A stretch of DNA of 59,888 nt, from positions 1-59,888 of IMG/VR virus record IMGVR_UViG_3300037461_000559, one strand, 5' to 3'. The first letter of the stretch is position 1, and each line of letters opens with the position of its first letter. Below the pieces are notes generated by a model, which was given only the letters and a program-made list of their open reading frames with translations, did not search any database and was not told where the DNA came from. This document shows positions 17,645 to 28,054 of this stretch, piece by piece. A program made the translations under genes and the position numbers. The stretch is from a virus. Taxonomy: Duplodnaviria > Caudoviricetes.

Positions 17645-19095
17645 TCTCTTTTGTGCAGATTCCGCTTAATCTGCGCACGCCCGGCGTTTATGCGGAGATT
17701 GACAATTCGCGCGCCGTTGCTGGGCTAACTGCGGTCCAGAAACGGGCAATCCTTGTGGGGCAGATGTTGTCCACGGGATCTGCAACCGCGAATATCCCCA
17801 TCCGCACCAATGTTGGGAATTGTGATGCGCAGTTCGGCGTGGGATCCATGCTTGCCAACATGGTGCGGTCCTTTGCCGAAAACAACGAATTTACCGAATT
17901 GTGGGGGCTTCCCGTGGCGGATGTGGGCGCGGGCGCGCAAGCGTCTGGCTCCGTTACGTTCACCGGGACGGCCACCGAAGCCGGCACGGCATTCATGCTG
18001 GTGGACGGCAGATCCTATCAGGTGGGGATTACCAAGGACGATGTTGCCGCTGATGTGGCGCAAGTCCTGGTGGATCTGATTACTGCGGATGGAACGGCCG
18101 GGGTGACGGCGGTTCGTGTTGGGGATGCGGTAACGATCACGGCCCGTCATAAGGGCACGCTGGGAAACAAGATTGACCTGCGTATCAATTACGGGGACAA
18201 TCAGGCACTTCCGGCGGGGATCACGGTTGCTATCGTGGCCATGAGTGGTGGCGCAACCGACCCGGACATTACCACGGCCCTGGGCAACCTTGGGGAAACC
18301 CAGTTCCATTACGTTGGCAATCCATTTTCTGACGCCACCAATCTCACGGCGTTGGAAGATGAATTGGAGGATCGCAACAATCCGCTGGTGCAGTTGGAAG
18401 GCCTGGCGTTCACGGCTGCCAGTGACACGCATGGCAACCTGACCACGTTGGGCAATAGCCGCAATTCCCAGTTCAATTCGATCATGGGAATTTACAAAAG
18501 CCCGTCTAACCCCTGGGTTTGGGCGGCGGCTTACACGGCGATTGCCTCTTTCTACCTGACCAACGATCCCGCCCGGCCGCTGCAAACCCTGGTTCTTGAG
18601 GGGATTTTGCCCCCGGCCAGAACGGATCGGTTCACCTTGGCGGAACGCAACAACCTGCTCTATGACGGGATTGCAACGGCCAAGGTAACGAATGACGACA
18701 AGGTGCAGATCGAACGGTCCATCACCACTTACCAGACCAATCCGACCGGCGTGCCGGATATTTCGTATCTGGACGTGGAAACGATGGCCACCTTGTTCTT
18801 CATTCGGGAACAGTTGCGTATCCGGATTGCCTTGCGGTATCCCCGGTACAAACTGGCTGGGAATGAAGCGATTGTCCGCCCTGGTTCCGCGCTGGTGCGG
18901 CCGAAAGACATTCGCAACGAGATTATTGCACTTCTGGCCGAATTGGCGGCTGCGGGGATCGTGGAGAACATCAACGCTTCCCAGTTGGTCGTGGAACGGA
19001 ACGACACCGATCCTAACCGGGTGGATGCCCTGATTCCACCGGATATTGTCAATCAGTTCCGCGTGTTTGCTGGCCAGATCCAGTTCGTGCTTTAG
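17641..19095 (+). CDS. Tail sheath protein (Mu gpL-like)
   Basis: MISFVQIPLNLRTPGVYAEIDNSRA; DPARPLQTL; PPDIVNQFRVFA. Confidence 0.96.
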   Translation: MISFVQIPLNLRTPGVYAEIDNSRAVAGLTAVQKRAILVGQMLSTGSATANIPIRTNVGNCDAQFGVGSMLANMVRSFAENNEFTELWGLPVADVGAGAQASGSVTFTGTATEAGTAFMLVDGRSYQVGITKDDVAADVAQVLVDLITADGTAGVTAVRVGDAVTITARHKGTLGNKIDLRINYGDNQALPAGITVAIVAMSGGATDPDITTALGNLGETQFHYVGNPFSDATNLTALEDELEDRNNPLVQLEGLAFTAASDTHGNLTTLGNSRNSQFNSIMGIYKSPSNPWVWAAAYTAIASFYLTNDPARPLQTLVLEGILPPARTDRFTLAERNNLLYDGIATAKVTNDDKVQIERSITTYQTNPTGVPDISYLDVETMATLFFIREQLRIRIALRYPRYKLAGNEAIVRPGSALVRPKDIRNEIIALLAELAAAGIVENINASQLVVERNDTDPNRVDALIPPDIVNQFRVFAGQIQFVL

Positions 19096-19114
19096 AAAGG
19101 GGTGAAAGGCAAAC

Positions 19115-19477
19115 ATGGCGACCATTACCGGACGTGTTGAAATCCGTGTTAGCGGCCAGTTGCTTCTTTCCAAAAAGGGAGCAACGCTGCAATTCGGCGG
19201 ACCCGAGCGCAAACCGATTGTGGAAGATCAGTATCACGGCTTTGTGGATGAATTGCAGCCGGCCGTGGTTACTGTCAATCTGACGGATCGGGACGACATT
19301 TCCATCACGAATCTTTGCAAGGTGACTGATGCCACGATCTTTTTTGAAGCGATCAACGGCAAAAGTTACATTCTCCGGAACGCAACGTGCAAGGGGAATC
19401 CTACGTTGACGGCCGGGGAAGGCGAAGTTTCCATGGAATTTTTCGCGGAAGGACCGCCGGAGGAAATCACGGCGTAG
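19115..19477 (+). CDS. Tail tube protein (Mu gpM-like)
   Basis: Size, position, NGKSYILRNA..EGEVSMEF. Confidence 0.85.
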   Translation: MATITGRVEIRVSGQLLLSKKGATLQFGGPERKPIVEDQYHGFVDELQPAVVTVNLTDRDDISITNLCKVTDATIFFEAINGKSYILRNATCKGNPTLTAGEGEVSMEFFAEGPPEEITA

Positions 19478-19528
19478 CAGATTCTAGTTTGAAACCAAAT
19501 GACGCGGCCAAGAAAGGGTGGTAAAAAG

Positions 19529-19804
19529 ATGGCACAGAAAACCGTTGTACTGACGAAACCCGTGATGGATGCCAAGGGTGCTCCGGTGAAGGAATTGATT
19601 GTTCCGGATCCGGAGGACATTACCCTGGGGCAGTTAGGCATTCTGGATGAGGCGAAAGGCGACTATTCGCGGTTGATCTACATGATTTCTGCGATTTGCA
19701 ATTTGCCTGTTTCCAGCGTGCGCCAAATCTGTTTCAAAGATTTGGAAAAGATCAATGAGGGTTTTTCGGATTTTATTGGCGAGAACCAGAAGGGCTCAAA
19801 ATAG
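19529..19804 (+). CDS. Tail assembly chaperone
   Basis: Between tube and tape measure; ISAICNLPVSSVRQICFKDL. Confidence 0.8.
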   Translation: MAQKTVVLTKPVMDAKGAPVKELIVPDPEDITLGQLGILDEAKGDYSRLIYMISAICNLPVSSVRQICFKDLEKINEGFSDFIGENQKGSK

Positions 19805-19950
19805 ATATTGGCCGTCTGGTTTATTTTTTCCGTTTCCAGCCCAGCGAAATGAGGGCCATGCGCAGGACTGAATTTGAATTCTGGGTGGGCCGCATGAATG
19901 CTGTGGATCGGGAATTGAGAAATTCGCCAATAGACTTGGAGAATTATTAG
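19759..19950 (+). other. -1 frameshift slippery site G GGT TTT and GpE'-like chaperone extension
   Basis: -1 frame open from 19759 to TAG at 19950, encoding ..IGRLVYFFRFQPSEMRAMRRTEFEFW.. Confidence 0.7.
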
Positions 19951-19953
19951 CCC

Positions 19954-21918
19954 ATGGCTATGCAATTCACCCTAGGTATCCGCCTGTCTGCGGTTGACCG
20001 GATGAGTTCTGTTATCAACCGCGCTGGCAAGGGTATTCAGAAATTTTCCGATAAAAACCGGGCCATGTTTGAGCGGTTCCGTACCGCGTCATTCCCAATG
20101 ATCGCGGCGGGTACGGCCATGGTCGGTGCCGTTGGGCTGATTACTAATGAAGCCGTAGCATTCCAGAAAGCCATTTACAAGGCGGCGTCTTTGGCGCGTG
20201 TTACTGGGCCTACTCTGGAAAAGTTACGGGAAGAAATGAGCGCGCTGGCTTTGGATTTGGGGCCTAAACTGGGCATGATGCCCGTTCAATTAGGCGATAT
20301 TATGGAACAAACGATCCAGGCCGGCGTGGAGCCGTTGAAAAACAACCGCATGAGCAAAGAGTATGCGGCATTCGTTGAAAATGTTACGCGACTGTCAAAA
20401 GTGGCCGGCGTGGCCCCCGCAGAAGCCGTACTGAATATCAATACGGCCTTGGGGGCCTTTAAGAAAACATTTGACAAGGCCCTGGTGCCGATGGAGAAGC
20501 GCGTTGGTCTTGTGACGGATGCCCTTGGGGTAGGCGCAGCCAGTTCCGTTGTTAGCGTAAAAGACTTGACGGAATCCTTGAAAATGGTTGGCCCCCAAGC
20601 CCAGATGCTTGGCATGAATTTGAATGAAACCGTGGCCATATTGATGGGTTTTGCCGAAGCAGGTTTGCGCGGCACGGTAGCCGCAACGGCATTTCGGCAA
20701 ACGGTTGGACGGTTGACCACTCTGCCTACCAAACCACAAGCCAAGGCCATGGCAGCCCTGGGCTTTGATCCTTATATTAAAGGATCGGGGAAGTTAAAGC
20801 CCGTTGGTAAGATGATTCTTGAATTAGCAAGATCCACCGAAGGGTTGACAGACAAGCAAAAGGCGTATGCATTGGGGGCCATGTTCCAAGCCCGTGCGGT
20901 ATCCAGCGGTGTTGCGTTTTTGGACAAAAGCAAAGTTGCGCTGGACAAGTTTTTGCCGGCCCTTGCGCAAGGCGGGATGATTTCCCAGATGTTCGGGCAG
21001 CAGATAGAGGCGGCAGGTGGAAGATTGGACCAGGCCAACGCGCAATTTTCCGTATTGAAAATCACGATTGCAGAAAACTTGCTCCCAACACTCACGGACT
21101 TGTTGATCCAATTAACCCCGATGATTAAACAGTTCGGGGAATGGGTAAAAAAGAATCCGAAACTTGTGGAAAACATCCTCAAGGCCGTAGTTGCCATTGG
21201 CCTTTTCAATATAGGGGTGGGTGGCGCATTGGGAGTTCTTGGCAATCTAGGACACGTTTTAGGGATGCTCCCGTATGTGTTCCAGGCGATTGCATTGGCG
21301 TTGCCGTATGCCCCGTTTATTTTATTCGGTACGGCGGTCATGCTTGCTACGGTTGCCCTGGTTAGGTTTTTCAAGGACGGGGTTAAATTATCTGAATCCG
21401 GTGTCCCAGGTATTGAACAGTTGGCGAAACTGTTTGAATTCATTGGGGAAAAGATCGGGGAGTTCTTCATTTTTGTTCTTCCAAAATGGGGTGCGGTGAT
21501 TTGGAAGATCATGATTTCCCCCTTTGTATTCCTGCAAAAAGTGATTGGGAAAACAGTCACTATGGTTCTGACAGGCATTACCGATCTGTGGAACAGGATC
21601 CCGGCCCCCGTCCGCAATTTCATGGCATTCATGGTAAAAACGGGAGTGGGCGGATTGAGCAGGATTTTCTCGTTCATGGGTGGAGGGGCGCGCGGGGGTG
21701 CGCGGCCAGGCGCGGCGGAAACGGCCGGCCCTGGGGGCGCGCGTACTCCGGTTCCACCGACCATCTACCCGGGCGGGGGGCGCAGCCAAACAGACATTAA
21801 CGTGAATGTTCGGCCGGCAGCCGGCACGGCAGCGAATGTTTCCAGCGTGGATCAAAAAGGCAAACAGCGGCCCAGAGTAAATGCCGGTGTTTCTGGCCTT
21901 GCAGCCCTAGGGGCATGA
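19954..21918 (+). CDS. Tape measure protein (TP901-type core)
   Basis: 654 aa helical; ESLKMVGPQA..GLRGTVAATAFR; hydrophobic segments. Confidence 0.92.
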   Translation: MAMQFTLGIRLSAVDRMSSVINRAGKGIQKFSDKNRAMFERFRTASFPMIAAGTAMVGAVGLITNEAVAFQKAIYKAASLARVTGPTLEKLREEMSALALDLGPKLGMMPVQLGDIMEQTIQAGVEPLKNNRMSKEYAAFVENVTRLSKVAGVAPAEAVLNINTALGAFKKTFDKALVPMEKRVGLVTDALGVGAASSVVSVKDLTESLKMVGPQAQMLGMNLNETVAILMGFAEAGLRGTVAATAFRQTVGRLTTLPTKPQAKAMAALGFDPYIKGSGKLKPVGKMILELARSTEGLTDKQKAYALGAMFQARAVSSGVAFLDKSKVALDKFLPALAQGGMISQMFGQQIEAAGGRLDQANAQFSVLKITIAENLLPTLTDLLIQLTPMIKQFGEWVKKNPKLVENILKAVVAIGLFNIGVGGALGVLGNLGHVLGMLPYVFQAIALALPYAPFILFGTAVMLATVALVRFFKDGVKLSESGVPGIEQLAKLFEFIGEKIGEFFIFVLPKWGAVIWKIMISPFVFLQKVIGKTVTMVLTGITDLWNRIPAPVRNFMAFMVKTGVGGLSRIFSFMGGGARGGARPGAAETAGPGGARTPVPPTIYPGGGRSQTDINVNVRPAAGTAANVSSVDQKGKQRPRVNAGVSGLAALGA

Positions 21919-21926
21919 GGTAGATC

Positions 21927-23261
21927 ATGGTACTCCCAATACAATTTTCAGGGAATCCTACTTACGAAACTGCCCAAGTTTTTGGGGATCGTACCCCGGG
22001 GAATCCTGCATATAACTGGCGGTCACTTTTGCAGCCGGCCTCTTTTAGAGGCGTGGATTTCAAGGTGTCCACCAACGACACAACGGTTGGTAGGCGTACT
22101 GCACTTCACGAATTCCCGTTGCGGAATCGTCCTTATGTAGAGGATTTGGGACGGTCCACCCGGCGTTTCACGATTGACGGCTTTTTGATCGGGGATAATT
22201 TCCTAGAGCAATTAGCCGATATGATTTGGGCCATGGAAGCCCCTGGCCCTGGCACGTTGGTCCATCCTATTTACGGGAAAATGGATGTTTCCGTAATTCA
22301 AGATACTACTTTTTCTCACATTATGCGAGAAGGGCGGATCGTCCGTTTCCGTTTTGAGTGTATCCAAACAGAAGAAAAAATGCTTTTGCCCGAAGCCGTG
22401 TCGGATGCTCCGGCATTAGTAGAGGATCAAGTAGAAACTACGCAGAATGCCAATGTTGACCGATTTGTGGCGCAGATCCCGCTTTCTCTGGTGACTTTCG
22501 ATTTCCTTGACCTTTTGATTTTGGCCAAAAAGTTATTGGCCATGTTGAAAGCAATTACCCGCGCGATCAAAGCCATTATCCGGAGTGGGCTGGGCTTGCG
22601 GTGGATTGCCGATGGACTGGCTGGAATTCTTCAATTCGTGAATGACATGGACATGGCTTTCGCAGGGTTGGTCACTGACTTGGCTGCAACCTGCGCGTTG
22701 ATCAAATCTTCACTTAATCAGTTAGGCGCGCTGGCAACCGGCAAGCGTAAATTTGCTGTTATAGAAGCCCTTTTGGCTTTTCCAGATACCATTGACAGTC
22801 TTATTCCGCCCGAAAGTGGAGAAGGTACGGTACAAGAACAGGCGGAAACAAACCGTAAAGCCATGACCAATTTGGTGAAGGTGATCGCCGTTTCCGAAGC
22901 GTGCCGAGCAGCCATGAACATTGAGTACGCCAGCGCGGAAGAAACAGTGTATATGCTGGATAAAATTGGAAGTTCCTTGGATTCCCTCTTGTCCGAAGCC
23001 GCTGCAATTTTCGACGATGAACGGTTTTTTGAATTGCAGACCTTGCGTGCTTTGGTCGTTCAGGCACTTCATAGCATAGGGGATTCTTTGACTTCCGAAG
23101 AATCCCAGGAAATTCAGGCCGGGGTGCGGTCCACGTTGGTCCTTGCCTATGACCTGTACGATGATGTGGCCCGGGAATCCGACATTGTAGGGCGCAACAC
23201 TACCATCACGCACCCAGGGTTTATCCCGTTGAACACGGCAATAAAGGTGTTGGCAGAATGA
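21927..23261 (+). CDS. Tail/DNA circularisation protein (Mu gpN-like)
   Basis: WRSLLQPASFRGVDF..GRR..HEFP..YVEDLGR..GPGTLVHP; HPGFIP. Confidence 0.92.
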   Translation: MVLPIQFSGNPTYETAQVFGDRTPGNPAYNWRSLLQPASFRGVDFKVSTNDTTVGRRTALHEFPLRNRPYVEDLGRSTRRFTIDGFLIGDNFLEQLADMIWAMEAPGPGTLVHPIYGKMDVSVIQDTTFSHIMREGRIVRFRFECIQTEEKMLLPEAVSDAPALVEDQVETTQNANVDRFVAQIPLSLVTFDFLDLLILAKKLLAMLKAITRAIKAIIRSGLGLRWIADGLAGILQFVNDMDMAFAGLVTDLAATCALIKSSLNQLGALATGKRKFAVIEALLAFPDTIDSLIPPESGEGTVQEQAETNRKAMTNLVKVIAVSEACRAAMNIEYASAEETVYMLDKIGSSLDSLLSEAAAIFDDERFFELQTLRALVVQALHSIGDSLTSEESQEIQAGVRSTLVLAYDLYDDVARESDIVGRNTTITHPGFIPLNTAIKVLAE

Positions 23262-24433
23262 GTGAGCCGATTGTTTTGAAGGTAAGGGGTAAGGAATACC
23301 CTGGCTGGAAAGATGTAAGTATCCAATTAAGTTTGGAGCAGTTGGCCAGCACCTTTTCCATGAACATGACTTTTTATTTCCCTGGGGATATTGCCAAGCA
23401 ACCGTTTTTCCGTGGGGATTCTTGTGAAGTTTCCTTGTATGGGAAAACGATCATCACAGGGTACATTGATAGTAAACGGGTTTCTTATGATGCCCGGAGT
23501 CATTCTGTTTCTGTCACGGGAAGGGATCGCACGGGGGATCTGGTAGATTGCAGTTATACCGGGAAACGCACGCAGTTTAAGAACGTCACCATTGACAAGG
23601 CAATCAAGGAATTGTGCGCACCTATGGGCATTTCCGTTGTGGTGAATGCCGATGTTGGCAAACCCTTGAGCCAGGTTTTTAGCGTGGATCCCGGGGCCAC
23701 AATTTTTTCGCAAATTCAGCAGTTGTGCGGATACCGGGGCATCATGCCGATTTCTTACGGGGATGGTAAACTGTATTTGGAACAGGCCGGGAAATTCCGT
23801 GTACCTGACAGTCTTGGCTTGGGTTCCAATATAGAATCGGCGGATTGCAATTCCACGCACGAAGATCGTTTTTCGGAATATATTGTGAAAGGCCAGGGGA
23901 AAGTAAAGAAAGAGGATTCTGATGCCAAGCCGGTGTATAATCGCATTGGCCGGGCATACGATTCGGAAATAAAACGGTTTCGGCCGTTGGTCATTATATT
24001 GGACGGCGAAGTAACAAACGCGGATTGCCAAAACCGCGCGCGGTGGGAAGCATGGACCCGCAGCGGGCGGTCCCGGGATTTCCTTTATACCGTGCAGGGC
24101 TGGAAAATGAGCAACGGGGAGCCCTGGCCTTTGAATCGGTTGATCCATTTGAAGGATCCCCAGATGGTTTTGGATGAAGATTTGCTGATTGCGGGGGTAA
24201 ATTTCGTTTTGGACCCGTCCAGCGGATCTACAACCGGGCTCACCCTCTGCCACCCCTATGCCTATGTTCCGCATTCGGAAGATCAACCGATGGACGTGGG
24301 CAAGAAAGAAAAGAAACGGTCCAGTATCCTTGACGAAGTTTTGGGTGGGGTCAAAAAGAACGCGGTGGAAGTGGCCAAGCAAACGGCTCAAGAAGTCTTT
24401 GACGAGATAGAGAAAAAGAGGAAAAAGAAATGA
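23258..24433 (+). CDS. Baseplate hub protein (Mu gpP/gp44-like)
   Basis: GRDRTGDLVDCS; RFSEYIVKGQ; RARWEA..YTVQGW. Confidence 0.92.
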   Translation: MSEPIVLKVRGKEYPGWKDVSIQLSLEQLASTFSMNMTFYFPGDIAKQPFFRGDSCEVSLYGKTIITGYIDSKRVSYDARSHSVSVTGRDRTGDLVDCSYTGKRTQFKNVTIDKAIKELCAPMGISVVVNADVGKPLSQVFSVDPGATIFSQIQQLCGYRGIMPISYGDGKLYLEQAGKFRVPDSLGLGSNIESADCNSTHEDRFSEYIVKGQGKVKKEDSDAKPVYNRIGRAYDSEIKRFRPLVIILDGEVTNADCQNRARWEAWTRSGRSRDFLYTVQGWKMSNGEPWPLNRLIHLKDPQMVLDEDLLIAGVNFVLDPSSGSTTGLTLCHPYAYVPHSEDQPMDVGKKEKKRSSILDEVLGGVKKNAVEVAKQTAQEVFDEIEKKRKKK

Positions 24434-25005
24434 TGGACCGCGCGTTCTGGTCTGACTTGGCAAAATGGATTGCCCCGTTGAAAAATCGTATTTTCAATAT
24501 GCTGGCCCGGGGCGTGCTTGAATCCATTAAGGACAACCCGAACGCTTTTCAGGAATTGGGAATTTCTATTCTGTCTGACGATCCTATGGAAGAAATGGAG
24601 CGCGTGCAGGATTACGGCTACACGTCCAATCCGCCTGATGGCTCCCAGGTTTTGGTTTGCTTTTTCGCGGGGAATCGCAGCCACGGAGTAGTTTTCAGGG
24701 TGGACCATAAGAAATACCGGGTGACGGATCTTGAAAAAGGGGAAACCGCGCTATTTACGATGTGGGATGCCGCCGGCAATCCGCATAGAATTGTGATGCG
24801 CAAAGGCAACAAGATGGAATTGTATGGGGCCGAGATAAAAATTGGGGGTGCCACGGCGGAAGCCCTGGTGAAATTTGCCAGTATGAAAGCCCAATTCGAT
24901 AGCCATATCCATGGCTATGTTTCCCCTGGGGGAGCCGCAGTTACTTCGGGCCCGGTTATCCCGTTACTGGATTTCGCGTCCACGACAAAAGTGAAGGGGG
25001 CCTAA
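24430..25005 (+). CDS. Baseplate spike (Mu gp45 / gpV-like)
   Basis: QDYGYTSNPP..GNRSHGVV; C-terminal HxH. Confidence 0.9.
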   Translation: MMDRAFWSDLAKWIAPLKNRIFNMLARGVLESIKDNPNAFQELGISILSDDPMEEMERVQDYGYTSNPPDGSQVLVCFFAGNRSHGVVFRVDHKKYRVTDLEKGETALFTMWDAAGNPHRIVMRKGNKMELYGAEIKIGGATAEALVKFASMKAQFDSHIHGYVSPGGAAVTSGPVIPLLDFASTTKVKGA

Positions 25006-25006
25006 C

Positions 25007-26209
25007 ATGGCCACTTGGAAAAGACTTTCGCGCTATGACGGCACGGCACTTCCGAGCAGTATCCTTAATCTGCCTATCTATAACATTCCGGATTTCCCTT
25101 CTGAATGGACGTTACGCTGGGAGATTAGTGGCGGTTTTCATACAGAATCCATAGTTGTTGGCGAAGGCCTGAAACTGGAAGATCAATTCGGCCAGTGTAG
25201 TTTGGCCGGCATTTTCAGGGTAAAAAATGCGTTGGGCTTGCGCACGCATTGGAAAGCCCGGTTGCAGATTGAGGATCCCCCAAATTTCATCAATCAGTTT
25301 TTCGGCATTGGCACCGATGCCAATATCGAATATGGGACGGCTACAAAGCCCGTTTGTGAAATGCGCACCACGGGCACCGAGCCCGGAGGGAGCATTTACT
25401 TTTCCATTGGGGATACGATTAGCGGCGTGGTCAATAAATTGGTCACGGCAGTTACTTTGAACATGGTGGACTATTTTGACGTTGTGATCCAGGTTTTACC
25501 GGATATTGCGCAGTTGTTCATTAATGGAATCGAATGCGCGTCCATTACCGTGGCGGAATTCCCTGGCTTGCCTGATTTCGTTGCATCTGCCTGGGTGTCC
25601 TATTTCTGGCAGAGAGAGGCCCTAGGTACGGGAAAAGGCACGGCGCATATCCTTTTCGCGGAGAATTTTTATCTGACCGGATCTTCCGTTACGGCTTCTT
25701 CAACAACCAAGGCCGTTGTTCCGGCGGATGTTAAAACGAATTGGATTTCCCAGGAATTGCACGGCGATTTTTCCGTTACGGACCAGGGGGACTTGCAAAG
25801 TGAATTCGGCCTGGAAACGGCCGTGTACCTTTCCCTGTTTTCGGATGCCAAGGCCGCAGCCGATGATATTTTGCCTGGGAATAGCAGGTGGCGGCGTGGT
25901 TGGTGGGGGGATAGCGTTGCTGCGGTGACAGGGGATCGGTTTGGTTCAAAACTTTGGATTCTTGGCATTCCTGACCGGGCCAAGACGATTCCAGATTCCT
26001 TGAACGTGGCCGAAGAATATGCCCGCGCGGCCCTGGCCTGGCTGACAGAAGATGGGGTGGCTAGTGACGTAAAGGTTCGCGCGGAAAGGATTAATCGCAA
26101 AGGAAATAGTCCTGAAATCCTTGGATTAAGAGTGGAAATTTACCGTGGGGATGTGGTACTATTATCCAAGGACTATCAGATGATGTGGGAGGCCCAAGTC
26201 AATGCCTAG
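25007..26209 (+). CDS. Mu gp46-like baseplate protein with a ~240-aa N-terminal extension
   Basis: C-terminal LETAVYLSLFSD..RRGWWGD..GSKLW..AEEYARAALAWL. Confidence 0.8.
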   Translation: MATWKRLSRYDGTALPSSILNLPIYNIPDFPSEWTLRWEISGGFHTESIVVGEGLKLEDQFGQCSLAGIFRVKNALGLRTHWKARLQIEDPPNFINQFFGIGTDANIEYGTATKPVCEMRTTGTEPGGSIYFSIGDTISGVVNKLVTAVTLNMVDYFDVVIQVLPDIAQLFINGIECASITVAEFPGLPDFVASAWVSYFWQREALGTGKGTAHILFAENFYLTGSSVTASSTTKAVVPADVKTNWISQELHGDFSVTDQGDLQSEFGLETAVYLSLFSDAKAAADDILPGNSRWRRGWWGDSVAAVTGDRFGSKLWILGIPDRAKTIPDSLNVAEEYARAALAWLTEDGVASDVKVRAERINRKGNSPEILGLRVEIYRGDVVLLSKDYQMMWEAQVNA

Positions 26210-27290
26210 CACCCGGCCAGAATTGGTGGACATAGTTTCCCGGGTTTTGGGTGACATACAAACCCGAGTACCAGGCGCGAATAGTCTATTGCGCCGGTCG
26301 AATTTGAATGTGCTGGGCACGGTTCAAGCCGGCGTGGCGCATGAATTGTACGGCCGGCTGGATTGGATCTTAAAACAGGTTTTTCCGGACACGGCGGACG
26401 GCGAAAACCTGGATAGATGGTCCCAGATTTGGGGCGTGCTGCGCAAGGCGGCGGTGCCGGCCCAGGGCTACGTCACGATTACCGGAACGCCTGGCACGGA
26501 ATTCGATGCGGGGTTGGTCTGGGCGCGCTCCGATACGGCCGAATTCAAGAACGACACCGGGGGCACCATAGGCATTGACGGCACGGTGATCATCCTTTTC
26601 ACGGCCGATTTGGCAGGTACGGCAGGGATTACGGAAGCCGGGGACACGCTGACGCTCACCACGCCTACCCCTGGGATTGATTCTGCGGCCACGGTGGGGC
26701 CCCTGGGGCTCACGGGCGGGGCGGATGAGGAAACGGACGCGGACTTGCTTTCCCGCCTATTGCAGCGCATTCAGAACCCCCCGCACGGGGGCGCGCTGTC
26801 TGATTACGTTGGCTGGCTATTGGAATTGGCCGGCGTGACGCGCGCCTGGGGCTTTTCCTGGGCCATGGGCCCCGGAACGGTCGGGCTCACCTTTGTCAAA
26901 GACAACGACCCCATTTCCATTATTCCTACGGTATCCGACCTTTCGGCTTCGGCTACCTATTTGGATGGGCATACGGATCCGGCGACCAGTTTTGAGGTTG
27001 GCCGGAATGTGACGGCCAAGGTTTTCCTGTATGCCCCTGAAATTCTTTACATGAATCCCACGATTGCGATTTCTCCGGACAATCCGGACACGCGCGCGGC
27101 CGTGCAAACCGAATTGGAAGATTTGCTGAAACGCTCTGGGGGCCCAGGGGAAACCACCACTTTGGCTGAAATTGATGATGCCGTTGGGTTTGCTTCTGGG
27201 GTGGAAAGCCACAATTTGGTTTTGCCGACAAGCGATTTCGTTGTGGCCACCAATAAGGTTGGCCAGGTAGGCACGATTTCTTGGGTGTAA
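26202..27290 (+). CDS. Baseplate wedge J-like (Mu gp47)
   Basis: QVFPDTADGENLDRW; GGADEETDADL..PPHGG..DY. Confidence 0.93.
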   Translation: MPSTRPELVDIVSRVLGDIQTRVPGANSLLRRSNLNVLGTVQAGVAHELYGRLDWILKQVFPDTADGENLDRWSQIWGVLRKAAVPAQGYVTITGTPGTEFDAGLVWARSDTAEFKNDTGGTIGIDGTVIILFTADLAGTAGITEAGDTLTLTTPTPGIDSAATVGPLGLTGGADEETDADLLSRLLQRIQNPPHGGALSDYVGWLLELAGVTRAWGFSWAMGPGTVGLTFVKDNDPISIIPTVSDLSASATYLDGHTDPATSFEVGRNVTAKVFLYAPEILYMNPTIAISPDNPDTRAAVQTELEDLLKRSGGPGETTTLAEIDDAVGFASGVESHNLVLPTSDFVVATNKVGQVGTISWV

Positions 27291-27298
27291 GGTGAACC

Positions 27299-28045
27299 AT
27301 GGCTATTTTGCTTGAAAAACACGCGCTATTGGCGCAGCACCTTTTGCCCCCGGGGCACGCATACCCCAGGGAAATGGACACGATCCTTTTCAAAGTTTTG
27401 CAGGGTCTTTTCGATGAAATGGATCGGGTGGATTTTGGAAGCACGGACGCCTTTGAACAAATCTATCCTGATGTGCAAGGGGTGTTCCTTACGGATTGGG
27501 AACGGATCGCAAATTCGATTGAAAAAGGCCCGTGGAACGTGGCCTGGTTGCCGATGCTTTCTGGCATAGCCGTAGCCGGGGATCGCGTGCAAGAATATGA
27601 GGACTATCCCGGCCGGGATGTTCCGTTGCCTCTGGATCCCTGGGAACGGGTACGGTTTTTGTTGCTCACCCGCCTTACGCTTTATGGCGGTTCAAGCGTG
27701 AATTATTGGGAATGGTTCTGCCATGCCCTTGGGTACGATTCTGTGAAGATCACGGAATTTATCCCATGCTGGGCTGGCTGGGCCCGTGCTGGGGATCGCT
27801 GTTACGATACAATGTGGTCCAGCGTTTGGGTGCTGCAATTAAGCGGCATCCATTACATAGATGCCCGTGCTGGCCAGGCCCACGCCGGGGATAACCTTAT
27901 CATTTGGGAAACTCCCCTGGTAATTGATTACATTCAGAAATACAAGCCGGCGCATACTTTCTTGCGTTGGGGCCCGTCTGATGGATATTTGGGGGATGGC
28001 TCTGATTTCCTGACTGACGAAAACGGAAATTATTTAATCGCATAG
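27299..28045 (+). CDS. Baseplate protein (Mu gp48 / YmfQ, DUF2313-like)
   Basis: LLPPGHAY, LTDWER, KPAHT. Confidence 0.85.
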   Translation: MAILLEKHALLAQHLLPPGHAYPREMDTILFKVLQGLFDEMDRVDFGSTDAFEQIYPDVQGVFLTDWERIANSIEKGPWNVAWLPMLSGIAVAGDRVQEYEDYPGRDVPLPLDPWERVRFLLLTRLTLYGGSSVNYWEWFCHALGYDSVKITEFIPCWAGWARAGDRCYDTMWSSVWVLQLSGIHYIDARAGQAHAGDNLIIWETPLVIDYIQKYKPAHTFLRWGPSDGYLGDGSDFLTDENGNYLIA

Positions 28046-28054
28046 GGGTGAACC

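Noticed and set aside
17641-28045. Transposable Mu-like phage
   Set aside because: Only the tail is Mu-like; no MuA/MuB, and the phage has its own polymerase and an HK97-type head
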